Shown here: positions 11,270 through 24,521 of the stretch, in pieces
Layout of the letters: each line of letters starts with the position of its first letter
Position numbering within the stretch: the first letter of the stretch is position 1
Assembly: GCF_003334385.1 (NCBI RefSeq)
Contig: NZ_QOWN01000020.1
From: Escherichia coli
GTDB lineage: Bacteria; Pseudomonadota; Gammaproteobacteria; Enterobacterales; Enterobacteriaceae
Direction: 5' to 3' (one strand)
Length of the DNA: 64,000 bases
Notes under the pieces: model-generated
The model's database searches: none
Told to the model about the DNA's origin: nothing
The model's input: the letters and a program-made list of their open reading frames with translations, nothing else
Translations under genes and position numbers: made by a program

Positions 11270-12745
11270 ATGGCTAACTACTTCAATACACTGAATCTGC
11301 GCCAGCAGCTGGCACAGCTGGGCAAATGTCGCTTTATGGGCCGCGATGAATTCGCCGATGGCGCGAGCTACCTTCAGGGTAAAAAAGTAGTCATCGTCGG
11401 CTGTGGCGCACAGGGTCTGAACCAGGGCCTGAACATGCGTGATTCTGGTCTCGATATCTCCTACGCTCTGCGTAAAGAAGCGATTGCCGAGAAGCGCGCG
11501 TCCTGGCGTAAAGCGACCGAAAATGGTTTTAAAGTGGGTACTTACGAAGAACTGATCCCACAGGCGGATCTGGTGATTAACCTGACGCCGGACAAGCAGC
11601 ACTCTGATGTAGTGCGCACCGTACAGCCACTGATGAAAGACGGCGCGGCGCTGGGCTACTCGCACGGTTTCAACATCGTCGAAGTGGGCGAGCAGATCCG
11701 TAAAGATATCACCGTAGTGATGGTTGCGCCGAAATGCCCAGGCACCGAAGTGCGTGAAGAGTACAAACGTGGGTTCGGCGTACCGACGCTGATTGCCGTT
11801 CACCCGGAAAACGATCCGAAAGGCGAAGGCATGGCGATTGCCAAAGCCTGGGCGGCTGCAACCGGTGGTCACCGTGCGGGTGTGCTGGAATCGTCCTTCG
11901 TTGCGGAAGTGAAATCTGACCTGATGGGCGAGCAAACCATCCTGTGCGGTATGTTGCAGGCTGGCTCTCTGCTGTGCTTCGACAAGCTGGTGGAAGAAGG
12001 TACCGATCCAGCATACGCAGAAAAACTGATTCAGTTCGGTTGGGAAACCATCACCGAAGCACTGAAACAGGGCGGCATCACCCTGATGATGGACCGTCTC
12101 TCTAACCCGGCGAAACTGCGTGCTTATGCGCTTTCTGAACAGCTGAAAGAGATCATGGCACCCCTGTTCCAGAAACATATGGACGACATCATCTCCGGCG
12201 AATTCTCTTCCGGTATGATGGCGGACTGGGCCAACGATGATAAGAAACTGCTGACCTGGCGTGAAGAGACCGGCAAAACCGCGTTTGAAACCGCGCCGCA
12301 GTATGAAGGCAAAATCGGCGAGCAGGAGTACTTCGATAAAGGCGTACTGATGATCGCGATGGTGAAAGCGGGCGTTGAACTGGCGTTCGAAACCATGGTT
12401 GATTCCGGCATCATCGAAGAATCTGCTTACTATGAATCACTGCACGAACTGCCGCTGATTGCCAACACCATCGCCCGTAAGCGTCTGTACGAAATGAACG
12501 TGGTTATCTCTGATACCGCCGAGTACGGTAACTATCTGTTCTCTTACGCTTGTGTGCCGCTGCTGAAACCGTTTATGGCAGAGCTGCAACCGGGCGACCT
12601 GGGTAAAGCTATTCCGGAAGGCGCGGTAGATAACGGGCAACTGCGTGATGTGAACGAAGCGATTCGCAGCCATGCGATTGAGCAGGTAGGTAAGAAACTG
12701 CGCGGCTATATGACAGATATGAAACGTATTGCTGTTGCGGGTTAA
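11270..12745 (+). CDS. ilvC: Ketol-acid reductoisomerase
   Basis: ORF track begins 11135; trimmed to ATG 11270 ([14 protein letters not shown]), 491 aa. Confidence 0.95.
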
Positions 12746-12761
12746 TAGCGATTCAGAGTTC

Positions 12762-12786
12762 AAGGCCTTCTCCTGGAGAAGGCCTT
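12762..12786. terminator. Hairpin between convergent ilvC and ppiC (likely bidirectional terminator)
   Basis: AAGGCCTTCTCC-TGG-AGAAGGCCTT perfect stem between the two stop codons. Confidence 0.6.
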
Positions 12787-12790
12787 GCTA

Positions 12791-13096
<306 letters not shown>

Positions 13097-13270
13097 TCAG
13101 GCGGCGATTTTAGCATGATCCGCAGATGCTAACGTAATTGTCAGTCAGGGAGGGGCTGGTACATATATGGCAAAAGCCCGGAAAATCCGGGCTTCGCAGG
13201 TCCCTCAAGGGGAGAAAACTTAGGGCCTTTATGGGCTACAGAGTCATTATCGGGGATGGTGATTTTATTG

Positions 13271-13762
13271 TCAATTTATGAGCGATATGGCATTGATTGA
13301 CTTGATGACCGCCCTCTGTATGTCTGCAACCAACTCATGTGGCAAACATTGATTAAGATACCCTCTGTAAGTCCTTGCTCTGTTTAATCGGTTTCGACTG
13401 ACTTGTTGTACCAGGTCGGCTTTGGCCCAACGAATCTGCTGATCAAAGAATTGCAGGTCATTGATAACATTACTGGCTATTTCAACATGCATTCCACGAT
13501 TTAACTTGTCATGATCGCGAGTGGTTGATAATGGAACGACGATACATGCGTTGCCATTAATTTTTCCGTTGAGCACGACAACTAACCTGTTTTTTATCAT
13601 TTCAGGAGGAATGCGGCCATTATAATACGTGGTGCTGAACTGTCCATTCTGGCTAACAGGATAGTTACCAAAGTTGCATTCCAGTATTTCACCAACCTTA
13701 GGGCTGAAATTTATCGCCACGAGTAAACCTCTCCTTAGTAAACTCTGAAAAAGTAATAACAC
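13271..13762 (-). CDS. yifN: PemK/MazF-like toxin-fold protein (yifN-like), apparently intact; start uncertain (GTG at 13762 in ORF track)
   Basis: Motifs GEILECNF ... PEMIKNRLVVVL ... ACIVVPLSTT resemble MazF GDLIWVDF ... GHRPAVVLS ... CLCVPCTT; AT-rich segment between ppiC and rep. Confidence 0.55.
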   Translation of the reverse strand: MLLLFQSLLRRGLLVAINFSPKVGEILECNFGNYPVSQNGQFSTTYYNGRIPPEMIKNRLVVVLNGKINGNACIVVPLSTTRDHDKLNRGMHVEIASNVINDLQFFDQQIRWAKADLVQQVSRNRLNRARTYRGYLNQCLPHELVADIQRAVIKSINAISLIN

Positions 13763-13936
13763 AACGTTACGACCCGATATTTTCTAAGTCTAATGGATTC
13801 ACGATTAACTCCGGTTTCGGTCTTCCCTCTCTGATTTAAACATCCGCAGCCAACCGGTTAGCGGCTTACACGCGGTCACATTCAAATGCGATTCTGCTAC
13901 AATCCTCCCCCCGTTCGAAGATTGAGCAATACACCT

Positions 13937-15958
13937 ATGCGTCTAAACCCCGGCCAACAACAAACTGTCGAATTCGTTACCGGCCCCTGCCTGGTGCTGG
14001 CGGGCGCGGGTTCCGGTAAAACTCGTGTTATCACCAATAAAATCGCCCATCTGATCCGCGGTTGCGGTTATCAGGCGCGACATATCGCGGCGGTGACCTT
14101 TACCAATAAGGCGGCGCGCGAGATGAAAGAGCGTGTCGGGCAGACGCTGGGTCGCAAAGAGGCGCGCGGGCTGATGATCTCCACTTTTCACACGCTGGGG
14201 TTGGATATCATCAAACGCGAGTATGCGGCGCTTGGGATGAAAGCGAACTTCTCGTTGTTTGACGATACCGATCAGCTTGCTTTGCTTAAAGAGTTGACCG
14301 AGGGGCTGATTGAAGATGACAAAGTTCTCCTGCAACAACTGATTTCGACCATCTCTAACTGGAAGAATGATCTCAAAACACCGTCCCAGGCGGCAGCAAG
14401 TGCGATTGGCGAGCGGGACCGTATTTTTGCCCATTGTTATGGGCTGTATGATGCACACCTGAAAGCCTGTAACGTTCTCGACTTCGATGATCTGATTTTA
14501 TTGCCGACGTTGCTGCTGCAACGCAATGAAGAAGTCCGCGAGCGCTGGCAGAACAAAATTCGCTACCTGCTGGTGGATGAGTATCAGGACACCAACACCA
14601 GCCAGTATGAACTGGTGAAACTGCTGGTGGGCAGCCGCGCGCGCTTTACCGTGGTGGGCGATGACGACCAGTCGATCTACTCCTGGCGCGGTGCACGTCC
14701 ACAAAACCTGGTGCTGCTGAGTCAGGATTTTCCGGCGCTGAAGGTGATTAAGCTTGAGCAGAACTACCGCTCTTCCGGACGTATTTTGAAAGCGGCGAAC
14801 ATCCTGATCGCCAATAATCCGCACGTCTTTGAAAAGCGTCTGTTCTCCGAACTGGGTTACGGCACAGAGCTAAAAGTTTTAAGCGCGAATAACGAGGAAC
14901 ATGAAGCCGAGCGCGTTACTGGCGAGCTGATCGCCCATCACTTCGTCAATAAAACGCAGTACAAAGATTACGCCATTCTTTATCGCGGTAACCATCAGTC
15001 GCGGGTGTTTGAAAAATTCCTGATGCAAAACCGCATCCCGTACAAAATTTCTGGTGGTACGTCGTTTTTCTCTCGTCCTGAAATCAAGGACTTGCTGGCT
15101 TATCTGCGCGTGCTGACTAACCCGGACGATGACAGCGCATTTCTGCGTATCGTTAACACGCCGAAGCGAGAGATTGGCCCGGCTACGCTGAAAAAGCTGG
15201 GTGAGTGGGCGATGACGCGCAATAAAAGCATGTTTACCGCCAGCTTTGATATGGGCCTGAGTCAGACGCTTAGCGGACGTGGTTATGAAGCATTGACCCG
15301 CTTCACTCACTGGTTGGCAGAAATTCAGCGTCTGGCGGAGCGGGAGCCGATTGCCGCGGTGCGCGATCTGATCCACGGCATGGATTATGAATCCTGGCTG
15401 TACGAAACATCGCCCAGCCCGAAAGCTGCCGAAATGCGCATGAAGAACGTCAACCAACTGTTTAGCTGGATGACGGAGATGCTGGAAGGCAGCGAACTGG
15501 ATGAGCCGATGACGCTCACCCAGGTGGTGACGCGCTTTACTTTGCGCGACATGATGGAGCGTGGTGAGAGTGAAGAAGAGCTGGATCAGGTGCAACTGAT
15601 GACTCTGCACGCGTCAAAAGGGCTGGAGTTTCCTTATGTCTACATGGTCGGTATGGAAGAAGGGTTTTTGCCGCACCAGAGCAGCATCGATGAAGATAAT
15701 ATCGATGAGGAGCGGCGGCTGGCCTATGTCGGCATTACCCGCGCCCAGAAGGAATTGACCTTTACGCTGTGTAAAGAACGCCGTCAGTACGGCGAGCTGG
15801 TGCGCCCGGAGCCGAGCCGCTTTTTGCTGGAGCTGCCGCAGGATGATCTGATTTGGGAACAGGAGCGCAAAGTGGTCAGCGCCGAAGAACGGATGCAGAA
15901 AGGGCAAAGCCATCTGGCGAATCTGAAAGCGATGATGGCGGCAAAACGAGGGAAATAA
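13937..15958 (+). CDS. rep: ATP-dependent DNA helicase Rep
   Basis: ORF track begins 13886; trimmed to ATG 13937 ([13 protein letters not shown]), 673 aa, UvrD/Rep superfamily 1 motifs. Confidence 0.95.
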   Translation: MRLNPGQQQTVEFVTGPCLVLAGAGSGKTRVITNKIAHLIRGCGYQARHIAAVTFTNKAAREMKERVGQTLGRKEARGLMISTFHTLGLDIIKREYAALGMKANFSLFDDTDQLALLKELTEGLIEDDKVLLQQLISTISNWKNDLKTPSQAAASAIGERDRIFAHCYGLYDAHLKACNVLDFDDLILLPTLLLQRNEEVRERWQNKIRYLLVDEYQDTNTSQYELVKLLVGSRARFTVVGDDDQSIYSWRGARPQNLVLLSQDFPALKVIKLEQNYRSSGRILKAANILIANNPHVFEKRLFSELGYGTELKVLSANNEEHEAERVTGELIAHHFVNKTQYKDYAILYRGNHQSRVFEKFLMQNRIPYKISGGTSFFSRPEIKDLLAYLRVLTNPDDDSAFLRIVNTPKREIGPATLKKLGEWAMTRNKSMFTASFDMGLSQTLSGRGYEALTRFTHWLAEIQRLAEREPIAAVRDLIHGMDYESWLYETSPSPKAAEMRMKNVNQLFSWMTEMLEGSELDEPMTLTQVVTRFTLRDMMERGESEEELDQVQLMTLHASKGLEFPYVYMVGMEEGFLPHQSSIDEDNIDEERRLAYVGITRAQKELTFTLCKERRQYGELVRPEPSRFLLELPQDDLIWEQERKVVSAEERMQKGQSHLANLKAMMAAKRGK

Positions 15959-15963
15959 TCAAG

Positions 15964-15995
15964 GCCGGAGAAGATGCGTCAGCATCGCATCCGGC
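15964..15995. repeat. REP element
   Basis: GCCGGAGAAGATGCGTCAGCATCGCATCCGGC palindromic unit between rep and gppA. Confidence 0.6.
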
Positions 15996-16004
15996 ACTTA
16001 CTCA

Positions 16005-17489
16005 TTAATGCACTTCTAGCGACCAGTGGACATAGCTCTGCCACTGGCTTTCCTGAGCAATAATCTCTTTACCCAGCGGATGTTGGGTTAGCCAACCTTG
16101 CGGAAGCGTCAAGGTCAACAGTTCATGGTTAGCCTGTAATGTCATCTCTGGCACGAGATCGTCACGGCGACGGCTGGCAAAAATGATGGCCAGGCGGAGT
16201 AAACGGCAGAGTTGTTCTGCGACGCGCGGCGGTACGGCATTTTGCTGATGCAGCGATGAGAGATCGACCGGATTAGTCTGGTTGAGCAGTAGCGTCGCCA
16301 GCAATTTTTTCTGTGCGGGGGTAAAACCGGGAAGATCCAGATTACGCACCAGATAAGCAGCGTGTTGCGGCGCTTGTTTGAAGTCAACGCTCAGGCCGAT
16401 TTCATGAAGCTGACAGGCGCTGATGAGCAAATCGCGGCTTATTGCTTCAAGATGCCATTCCTTTTCCACCTGATCGAAGAAGTTAGCCGCAACTTTGGCT
16501 ACGCGCTGCGCCTGATCAATATCGATCATAAAGCGGCGCTGAATATTACGCAGCGTACGGCTGCGAATATCCTGCTCGACGGCCAGATGCAACATGCCGT
16601 AGACCAGGCCTTCACGCAGCGCACCGCCCGCCAGGGTCATACACTGAATATTCAGTTCGGTAAAAATGGCGATCAGGATCGCCAGACCACTCGGGAACAC
16701 TAACGCACGTTCCAGCGTCAGCCCGTCAATCTCCAGTTCCTCCAGCCGACCGCAATGAATGGCTCGCTGTTTCAATTGCTGCAACTTTTCCAGGGTAATG
16801 CGTTCATCCATCCCCTGTGCCATCATGATTTCCTGTAACGCCTGCACGGTGCCGGAAGCACCAACGCACACTTTCCAGCCGTGATACCGTAATTCATCGG
16901 CAACCGGACGTAACACTTCGCGTGCCGCTTTTTCTGCAGCATCAAAATTTTCCTGCCCCAGATTACGATCGGCAAAATAGCGTTCCAGCCAGGTGACGCA
17001 GCCCATCGACAGGCTGAACAACGAGGTGGTTTGTGCACCCGTGCCGGTTACCAGTTCAGTACTGGCACCGCCTATATCCACCACCAGGCGCTGATCGGCA
17101 CCGCCAGTTGTGTGAGCAACGCCCTGATAAATCAGACGTGCTTCCTCTTCACCGCTGATCACCTGTACCGGACAACCGAGGATTTCCTGCGCTTTGGCAA
17201 TAAAATCACCCGCATTGACGGCAAGACGTAATGTCGCCGTAGCGACAACGCGAATTTGCGAGGGAGGGATATCTTGCAGACGTTCAGCAAACAGGCGCAG
17301 ACATTGCCAACCGCGCTCCATTGCTTCATTAGACAGGGCATTTTCGCTATTCAGGCCAGCAGCCAGACGCACTTTGCGTTTTATTCGCGTCAGCGTCTGG
17401 ATGCTTCCAGCCACCTCGCGCACAACCAGCATATGAAAACTATTCGAACCGAGATCAATGGCTGCATACAGCGACGAGGTGGAACCCAT
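16005..17489 (-). CDS. gppA: Guanosine pentaphosphate phosphohydrolase
   Basis: ORF track extends to 17498; trimmed to [19 protein letters not shown], 494 aa, Ppx/GppA family. Confidence 0.9.
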   Translation of the reverse strand: MGSTSSLYAAIDLGSNSFHMLVVREVAGSIQTLTRIKRKVRLAAGLNSENALSNEAMERGWQCLRLFAERLQDIPPSQIRVVATATLRLAVNAGDFIAKAQEILGCPVQVISGEEEARLIYQGVAHTTGGADQRLVVDIGGASTELVTGTGAQTTSLFSLSMGCVTWLERYFADRNLGQENFDAAEKAAREVLRPVADELRYHGWKVCVGASGTVQALQEIMMAQGMDERITLEKLQQLKQRAIHCGRLEELEIDGLTLERALVFPSGLAILIAIFTELNIQCMTLAGGALREGLVYGMLHLAVEQDIRSRTLRNIQRRFMIDIDQAQRVAKVAANFFDQVEKEWHLEAISRDLLISACQLHEIGLSVDFKQAPQHAAYLVRNLDLPGFTPAQKKLLATLLLNQTNPVDLSSLHQQNAVPPRVAEQLCRLLRLAIIFASRRRDDLVPEMTLQANHELLTLTLPQGWLTQHPLGKEIIAQESQWQSYVHWSLEVH

Positions 17490-17622
17490 ACTCTTCATCC
17501 TTCAATCTGTCTCTGTGTTGGCTGCATTCTTTCACCTGAATCACTTACTACAGTATGCTCATCGGGATTCATTCTCTTGCCATCTTGATACAGTTTGAAT
17601 GATTTTGAGTATGACATTTTAT

Positions 17623-18888
17623 TTAACCTGAACGACGACGATTACGCGGAGCGCCAGTACGACGCGGACCATTGCCTGTACGTGGGCGCGTGAGGCGCAG
17701 CGGTTTTGGCAGATCGGTCATCAATGCGTCCGGATTGTATTTGCTTACCGGAATTGAGTGACCAATATAGGTCTCAATAGCAGGCAAATTCAATGCATAC
17801 TCTTCACACGCCAGGCTGATAGAGTGACCGCTTGCGCCTGCGCGACCTGTACGACCAATACGGTGAACGTAATCTTCACAGTCATCGGGTAAATCGTAGT
17901 TAAAGACGTGCGTCACTGCCGGAATATGCAAACCACGCGCGGCAACGTCGGTGGCAACCAGAATATCCAGATCGCCACGGGTAAATTCATCAAGAATACG
18001 CAGACGTTTTTTCTGCGCGACATCGCCTGTCAATAAACCGACACGATGACCATCTGCTGCCAGGTGGCCCCAGATCTCTTCACAACGGTGTTTGGTGTTG
18101 GCGAAAATAATCGCTCTGTCTGGCCACTCTTCTTCGATCAGCGTTTGCAGCAAACGCATTTTTTCTTCGTTAGAAGGGTAGAAAAGCTCTTCTTTAATAC
18201 GGTGGCCCGTTTTCTGTTCCGGTTCCACTTCAATATATTCGGCATTGTTCATCTGCTCGAACGCCAGTTCACGTACCCGGTACGAAAGCGTGGCGGAGAA
18301 CAGCATGTTGAGGCGCTGGTTTGCAGGCGGCATACGGCGGAACAGCCAGCGGATATCTTTAATAAAGCCCAGATCGTACATGCGATCGGCTTCGTCCAGT
18401 ACCACCACCTGAATGGCACCGAGGTTAATGTGGTTCTGCTTGGCGTAGTCAATTAAACGCCCCGTGGTGCCAATCAGAATGTCAACGCCGCTTTCCAGCA
18501 CTTTCAGCTGTTTGTCGTAGCCATCACCACCGTAAGCCAGACCCAGCTTCAGGCCAGTAGCTTCCGCCAGCGGTTCTGCGTCGGCATGGATCTGCACGGC
18601 AAGTTCACGCGTCGGTGCCATAATTAAGGCACGCGGCTGATTCACCTTGCGATCGGCAATCGCAGGATGAGAGAGAAGATAATGAAACGTTGACGTAAGA
18701 AACGCCATCGTTTTCCCGGTACCGGTTTGCGCCTGCCCGGCTACGTCACGACCCGCCAGCGTCAGCGGAAGGGCCAGTGCCTGAATGGGCGTACAGTTAT
18801 GAAACCCTTTTTTTTCAAGGGCTTCTACAACCTTCGGATGCAGGGCGAAGTCGGAAAACTTCTGTTCTGTTAAATGTGTTTTGCTCAT
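17623..18888 (-). CDS. rhlB: ATP-dependent RNA helicase RhlB (DEAD-box)
   Basis: 421-aa ORF with DEAD-box motifs (GTGKT, DEAD, SAT). Confidence 0.95.
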
Positions 18889-19018
18889 AGTGTGGTAGAA
18901 TATCAGCTTACTATTGCTTTACGAAAGCGTATCCGGTGAAATAAAGTCAACCTTTAGTTGGTTAATGTTACACCAACAACGAAACCAACACGCCAGGCTT
19001 ATTCCTGTGGAGTTATAT

Positions 19019-19348
19019 ATGAGCGATAAAATTATTCACCTGACTGACGACAGTTTTGACACGGATGTACTCAAAGCGGACGGGGCGATCCTCGTCGATT
19101 TCTGGGCAGAGTGGTGCGGTCCGTGCAAAATGATCGCCCCGATTCTGGATGAAATCGCTGACGAATATCAGGGCAAACTGACCGTTGCAAAACTGAACAT
19201 CGATCAAAACCCTGGCACTGCGCCGAAATATGGCATCCGTGGTATCCCGACTCTGCTGCTGTTCAAAAACGGTGAAGTGGCGGCAACCAAAGTGGGTGCA
19301 CTGTCTAAAGGTCAGTTGAAAGAGTTCCTCGACGCTAACCTGGCGTAA
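19019..19348 (+). CDS. trxA: Thioredoxin 1
   Basis: ORF track begins 18914; trimmed to ATG 19019 ([13 protein letters not shown]), WCGPC active site. Confidence 0.95.
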
Positions 19349-19488
19349 GGGAATTTCATGTTCGGGTGCCCCGTCGCTAAAAACTGGACGCCCGGCGTGA
19401 GTCATGCTAACTTAGTGTTGACTTCGTATTAAACATACCTTATTAAGTTTGAATCTTGTAATTTCCAACGCTTCCCGTTTTATCTTAA

Positions 19489-19590
19489 ATGCGAAGTGAA
19501 CAGATTTCTGGCTCGTCACTCAATCCGTCTTGTCGTTTCAGTTCTGCGTACTCTCCTGTGACCAGGCAGCGAAAAGACATGAGTCGATGA
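19489..19590 (+). CDS. rhoL: rho leader peptide
   Basis: 33-codon ORF MRSEQISGSSLNPSCRFSSAYSPVTRQRKDMSR in the rho 5' leader. Confidence 0.6.
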   Translation: MRSEQISGSSLNPSCRFSSAYSPVTRQRKDMSR

Positions 19591-19674
19591 CCGTAAACAG
19601 GCATGGATGATCCTGCCATACCATTCACAACATTAAGTTCGAGATTTACCCCAAGTTTAAGAACTCACACCACT

Positions 19675-20934
19675 ATGAATCTTACCGAATTAAAGAATAC
19701 GCCGGTTTCTGAGCTGATCACTCTCGGCGAAAATATGGGGCTGGAAAACCTGGCTCGTATGCGTAAGCAGGACATTATTTTTGCCATCCTGAAGCAGCAC
19801 GCAAAGAGTGGCGAAGATATCTTTGGTGATGGCGTACTGGAGATATTGCAGGATGGATTTGGTTTCCTCCGTTCCGCAGACAGCTCCTACCTCGCCGGTC
19901 CTGATGACATCTACGTTTCCCCTAGCCAAATCCGCCGTTTCAACCTCCGCACTGGTGATACCATCTCTGGTAAGATTCGCCCGCCGAAAGAAGGTGAACG
20001 CTATTTTGCGCTGCTGAAAGTTAACGAAGTTAACTTCGACAAACCTGAAAACGCCCGCAACAAAATCCTCTTTGAGAACTTAACCCCGCTGCACGCAAAC
20101 TCTCGTCTGCGTATGGAACGTGGTAACGGTTCTACTGAAGATTTAACTGCTCGCGTACTGGATCTGGCATCACCTATCGGTCGTGGTCAGCGTGGTCTGA
20201 TTGTGGCACCGCCGAAAGCCGGTAAAACTATGCTGCTGCAGAACATTGCTCAGAGCATTGCTTACAACCACCCGGATTGTGTGCTGATGGTTCTGCTGAT
20301 CGACGAACGTCCGGAAGAAGTAACCGAGATGCAGCGTCTGGTAAAAGGTGAAGTTGTTGCTTCTACCTTTGACGAACCCGCATCTCGCCACGTTCAGGTT
20401 GCGGAAATGGTGATCGAGAAGGCCAAACGCCTGGTTGAGCACAAGAAAGACGTTATCATTCTGCTCGACTCCATCACTCGTCTGGCGCGCGCTTACAACA
20501 CTGTTGTTCCGGCGTCAGGTAAAGTGTTGACCGGTGGTGTGGACGCCAATGCCCTTCATCGTCCGAAACGCTTCTTCGGTGCGGCGCGTAACGTGGAAGA
20601 GGGCGGCAGCCTGACCATTATCGCGACGGCGCTTATCGATACCGGTTCTAAAATGGACGAAGTTATTTACGAAGAGTTTAAAGGTACAGGCAACATGGAA
20701 CTGCACCTCTCTCGTAAGATCGCTGAAAAACGCGTCTTCCCGGCTATCGACTACAACCGTTCCGGTACCCGTAAAGAAGAACTGCTCACTACTCAGGAAG
20801 AACTGCAGAAAATGTGGATCCTGCGCAAAATCATTCACCCGATGGGCGAAATCGATGCAATGGAATTCCTCATTAATAAACTGGCCATGACCAAGACCAA
20901 TGACGATTTCTTCGAAATGATGAAACGCTCATAA
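19675..20934 (+). CDS. rho: Transcription termination factor Rho
   Basis: ORF track begins 19603; trimmed to ATG 19675 ([15 protein letters not shown]), 419 aa. Confidence 0.95.
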
Positions 20935-20953
20935 ATTTGTCTTATGCCAAAAA

Positions 20954-20983
20954 CGCCACGTGTTTACGTGGCGTTTTGCTTTT
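20954..20983 (+). terminator. rho intrinsic terminator
   Basis: CGCCACGT-GTTT-ACGTGGCG hairpin followed by a T-rich tract. Confidence 0.7.
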
Positions 20984-21173
20984 ATATCTGTAATCTTAAT
21001 GCCGCGCTGGCGATGTTAGGAAAATTCCTGGAATTTGCTGGCATGTTATGCAATTTGCATATCAAATGGTTAATTTTTGCACAGGACTGGTGGGTTCGGA
21101 ACGGACTTTCCCTTCTGAATAAAGGTCTTCGTGGTTATACTTCTGCTAATAATTTTCTCTGAGAGCATGCATT

Positions 21174-22277
21174 GTGAATTTACTGACAGTGAGTACTGAT
21201 CTCATCAGTATTTTTTTATTCACGACACTGTTTCTGTTTTTTGCCCGTAAGGTGGCAAAAAAAGTCGGTTTAGTGGATAAACCAAACTTCCGCAAACGTC
21301 ACCAGGGGTTGATACCACTCGTTGGGGGTATTTCGGTTTACGCAGGGATTTGCTTCACGTTCGGAATTGTCGATTACTATATTCCGCATGCATCTCTCTA
21401 TCTCGCTTGTGCCGGTGTGCTTGTTTTCATTGGCGCGCTGGATGACCGTTTTGATATCAGCGTAAAAATCCGTGCCACCATACAGGCCGCTGTTGGCATT
21501 GTTATGATGGTGTTTGGCAACCTTTATCTCAGTAGCCTGGGTTATATCTTTGGCTCCTGGGAGATGGTGCTCGGACCGTTTGGTTACTTCCTGACGCTAT
21601 TTGCCGTCTGGGCGGCCATTAATGCGTTCAACATGGTTGATGGCATTGATGGCTTGCTGGGCGGGTTGTCCTGCGTCTCGTTTGCAGCAATCGGTATGAT
21701 TTTGTGGTTCGACGGGCAAACCAGCCTCGCAATCTGGTGCTTTGCGATGATCGCCGCCATCCTGCCATATATCATGCTTAACCTTGGTATCCTGGGTCGC
21801 CGCTACAAAGTCTTTATGGGTGATGCGGGCAGTACGCTGATTGGTTTTACCGTGATCTGGATCCTGCTCGAAACGACCCAGGGCAAAACCCATCCCATCA
21901 GCCCGGTTACCGCTTTGTGGATAATCGCCATTCCGCTAATGGATATGGTGGCGATTATGTACCGTCGCCTGCGTAAAGGCATGAGCCCATTCTCTCCTGA
22001 CCGTCAGCATATTCACCATTTGATCATGCGTGCCGGGTTTACTTCCCGTCAGGCGTTTGTGCTGATTACCCTTGCCGCAGCACTGCTCGCTTCCATTGGC
22101 GTGCTGGCAGAATATTCTCATTTTGTCCCGGAGTGGGTCATGCTGGTGCTCTTTTTGCTAGCATTCTTCCTCTATGGATATTGCATTAAGCGTGCCTGGA
22201 AAGTTGCTCGCTTTATTAAGCGCGTAAAACGCAGACTGCGTAGAAATCGTGGTGGCAGCCCCAATTTAACCAAATAA
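21174..22277 (+). CDS. wecA: UDP-GlcNAc:undecaprenyl-phosphate GlcNAc-1-phosphate transferase
   Basis: 367-aa polytopic membrane ORF, GTG start at 21174; first gene of the ECA cluster. Confidence 0.9.
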   Translation: MNLLTVSTDLISIFLFTTLFLFFARKVAKKVGLVDKPNFRKRHQGLIPLVGGISVYAGICFTFGIVDYYIPHASLYLACAGVLVFIGALDDRFDISVKIRATIQAAVGIVMMVFGNLYLSSLGYIFGSWEMVLGPFGYFLTLFAVWAAINAFNMVDGIDGLLGGLSCVSFAAIGMILWFDGQTSLAIWCFAMIAAILPYIMLNLGILGRRYKVFMGDAGSTLIGFTVIWILLETTQGKTHPISPVTALWIIAIPLMDMVAIMYRRLRKGMSPFSPDRQHIHHLIMRAGFTSRQAFVLITLAAALLASIGVLAEYSHFVPEWVMLVLFLLAFFLYGYCIKRAWKVARFIKRVKRRLRRNRGGSPNLTK

Positions 22278-22288
22278 ATGAGGATGTG

Positions 22289-23335
22289 ATGACACAACCA
22301 ATGCCTGGGAAACCGGCCGAAGACGCTGAAAATGAACTGGATATTCGTGGGTTGTTTCGTACCTTGTGGGCTGGGAAGCTATGGATTATTGGCATGGGGC
22401 TGGCGTTTGCGTTAATCGCGCTGGCGTATACGTTTTTTGCTCGTCAGGAGTGGAGCTCGACGGCGATTACCGATCGTCCAACGGTGAATATGCTGGGGGG
22501 ATATTACTCGCAGCAGCAATTTTTGCGTAACCTGGATGTCCGTTCAAACATGGCTTCTGCCGACCAACCATCGGTCATGGACGAAGCCTATAAAGAGTTT
22601 GTTATGCAACTGGCCTCGTGGGATACCCGCAGAGAGTTCTGGCTGCAAACCGACTATTACAAACAGCGGATGGTGGGCAACAGCAAAGCCGATGCGGCGT
22701 TGCTGGATGAAATGATTAACAACATCCAGTTTATCCCCGGAGACTTTACCCGCGCGGTCAATGACAGCGTGAAGCTTATTGCCGAAACCGCGCCTGACGC
22801 TAATAACCTGTTACGTCAGTATGTTGCTTTTGCCAGCCAGCGTGCAGCCAGCCATCTGAATGATGAGCTGAAAGGCGCATGGGCGGCGCGTACCATCCAG
22901 ATGAAAGCTCAGGTGAAGCGTCAGGAAGAGGTGGCGAAAGCCATCTACGACCGCCGGATGAACAGCATTGAGCAGGCGCTGAAAATTGCTGAGCAGCATA
23001 ATATTTCGCGCAGTGCGACAGATGTACCTGCCGAGGAATTACCTGATTCAGAAATGTTCCTGCTTGGGCGTCCAATGCTTCAGGCTCGACTGGAAAATTT
23101 ACAGGCCGTCGGTCCGGCCTTTGATCTCGACTATGATCAGAATCGGGCCATGTTAAACACCCTGAATGTTGGTCCAACCCTGGATCCGCGTTTTCAGACC
23201 TATCGCTATTTGCGTACGCCGGAAGAACCGGTAAAACGCGATAGCCCACGTCGTGCCTTCCTGATGATTATGTGGGGCATTGTCGGGGGGCTGATCGGGG
23301 CTGGTGTCGCATTAACCCGCCGTTGCTCGAAATAG
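22289..23335 (+). CDS. wzzE: ECA polysaccharide chain-length regulator
   Basis: 348 aa from ATG 22289 (MTQPMPGKP); TM helices at both ends. Confidence 0.9.
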   Translation: MTQPMPGKPAEDAENELDIRGLFRTLWAGKLWIIGMGLAFALIALAYTFFARQEWSSTAITDRPTVNMLGGYYSQQQFLRNLDVRSNMASADQPSVMDEAYKEFVMQLASWDTRREFWLQTDYYKQRMVGNSKADAALLDEMINNIQFIPGDFTRAVNDSVKLIAETAPDANNLLRQYVAFASQRAASHLNDELKGAWAARTIQMKAQVKRQEEVAKAIYDRRMNSIEQALKIAEQHNISRSATDVPAEELPDSEMFLLGRPMLQARLENLQAVGPAFDLDYDQNRAMLNTLNVGPTLDPRFQTYRYLRTPEEPVKRDSPRRAFLMIMWGIVGGLIGAGVALTRRCSK

Positions 23336-23390
23336 CAACACTGCTGCGGTGAGCGCAAAGGCGCTCGCCGCTTATTCGAAGAGAATCGAT

Positions 23391-24521
23391 GTGAAAGTAC
23401 TGACTGTATTTGGTACGCGCCCGGAAGCCATCAAGATGGCGCCGTTGGTGCATGCGTTGGCAAAAGATCCTTTTTTTGAGGCTAAAGTTTGCGTCACTGC
23501 GCAGCATCGGGAGATGCTCGATCAGGTGCTGAAACTCTTTTCCATTGTACCTGACTACGATCTCAACATAATGCAGCCAGGACAGGGCCTGACAGAGATA
23601 ACCTGTCGGATTCTGGAAGGGCTAAAACCTATTCTTGCCGAGTTCAAACCAGACGTCGTGCTGGTTCACGGCGATACGACGACGACGCTGGCAACCAGCC
23701 TGGCGGCGTTTTATCAGCGTATTCCTGTTGGTCACGTTGAGGCTGGTCTGCGCACGGGCGATCTCTATTCGCCGTGGCCGGAAGAGGCTAACCGTACATT
23801 GACCGGGCATCTGGCGATGTATCACTTCTCTCCAACCGAAACTTCCCGGCAAAACTTGCTGCGTGAAAACGTTGCGGATAGCCGAATCTTCATTACCGGT
23901 AATACAGTCATTGATGCACTGTTATGGGTGCGTGACCAGGTGATGAGCAGCGACACGCTGCGTTCAGAACTGGCGGCAAATTACCCGTTTATCGACCCCG
24001 ATAAAAAGATGATTCTGGTGACCGGTCACAGGCGTGAGAGTTTCGGTCGTGGCTTTGAAGAAATCTGCCACGCGCTGGCAGACATCGCCACCACGCACCA
24101 GGACATCCAGATTGTCTATCCGGTGCATCTCAACCCGAACGTCAGAGAGCCGGTCAATCGCATTCTGGGGCATGTGAAAAATGTCATTCTGATCGATCCC
24201 CAGGAGTATTTACCGTTTGTCTGGCTGATGAACCACGCCTGGCTGATTTTGACCGACTCAGGCGGCATTCAGGAAGAAGCGCCTTCGCTGGGGAAACCTG
24301 TGCTGGTGATGCGCGATACCACTGAGCGTCCGGAAGCGGTGACGGCGGGTACGGTGCGTCTGGTAGGCACGGATAAGCAGCGAATTGTCGAGGAAGTGAC
24401 GCGTCTTTTAAAAGACGAAAACGAATATCAAGCTATGAGCCGCGCCCATAACCCGTATGGTGATGGTCAGGCATGCTCTCGCATTCTGGAAGCGTTAAAA
24501 AATAATCGGATATCACTATGA
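23391..24521 (+). CDS. wecB: UDP-N-acetylglucosamine 2-epimerase
   Basis: ORF track begins 23349; trimmed to GTG 23391 ([18 protein letters not shown]), 376 aa. Confidence 0.9.
   Translation: MKVLTVFGTRPEAIKMAPLVHALAKDPFFEAKVCVTAQHREMLDQVLKLFSIVPDYDLNIMQPGQGLTEITCRILEGLKPILAEFKPDVVLVHGDTTTTLATSLAAFYQRIPVGHVEAGLRTGDLYSPWPEEANRTLTGHLAMYHFSPTETSRQNLLRENVADSRIFITGNTVIDALLWVRDQVMSSDTLRSELAANYPFIDPDKKMILVTGHRRESFGRGFEEICHALADIATTHQDIQIVYPVHLNPNVREPVNRILGHVKNVILIDPQEYLPFVWLMNHAWLILTDSGGIQEEAPSLGKPVLVMRDTTERPEAVTAGTVRLVGTDKQRIVEEVTRLLKDENEYQAMSRAHNPYGDGQACSRILEALKNNRISL

Noticed and set aside
11255-12178. 307-codon ORF antisense to ilvC
   Set aside because: Lies entirely within the well-supported ilvC frame on the opposite strand; no ribosome-binding site; unusual composition (His/Arg/Phe-rich) typical of shadow ORFs.
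20944-21162. 72-codon plus-strand ORF between rho and wecA
   Set aside because: Starts inside the rho terminator hairpin, has no Shine-Dalgarno sequence and covers the wecA promoter region; most likely non-coding.
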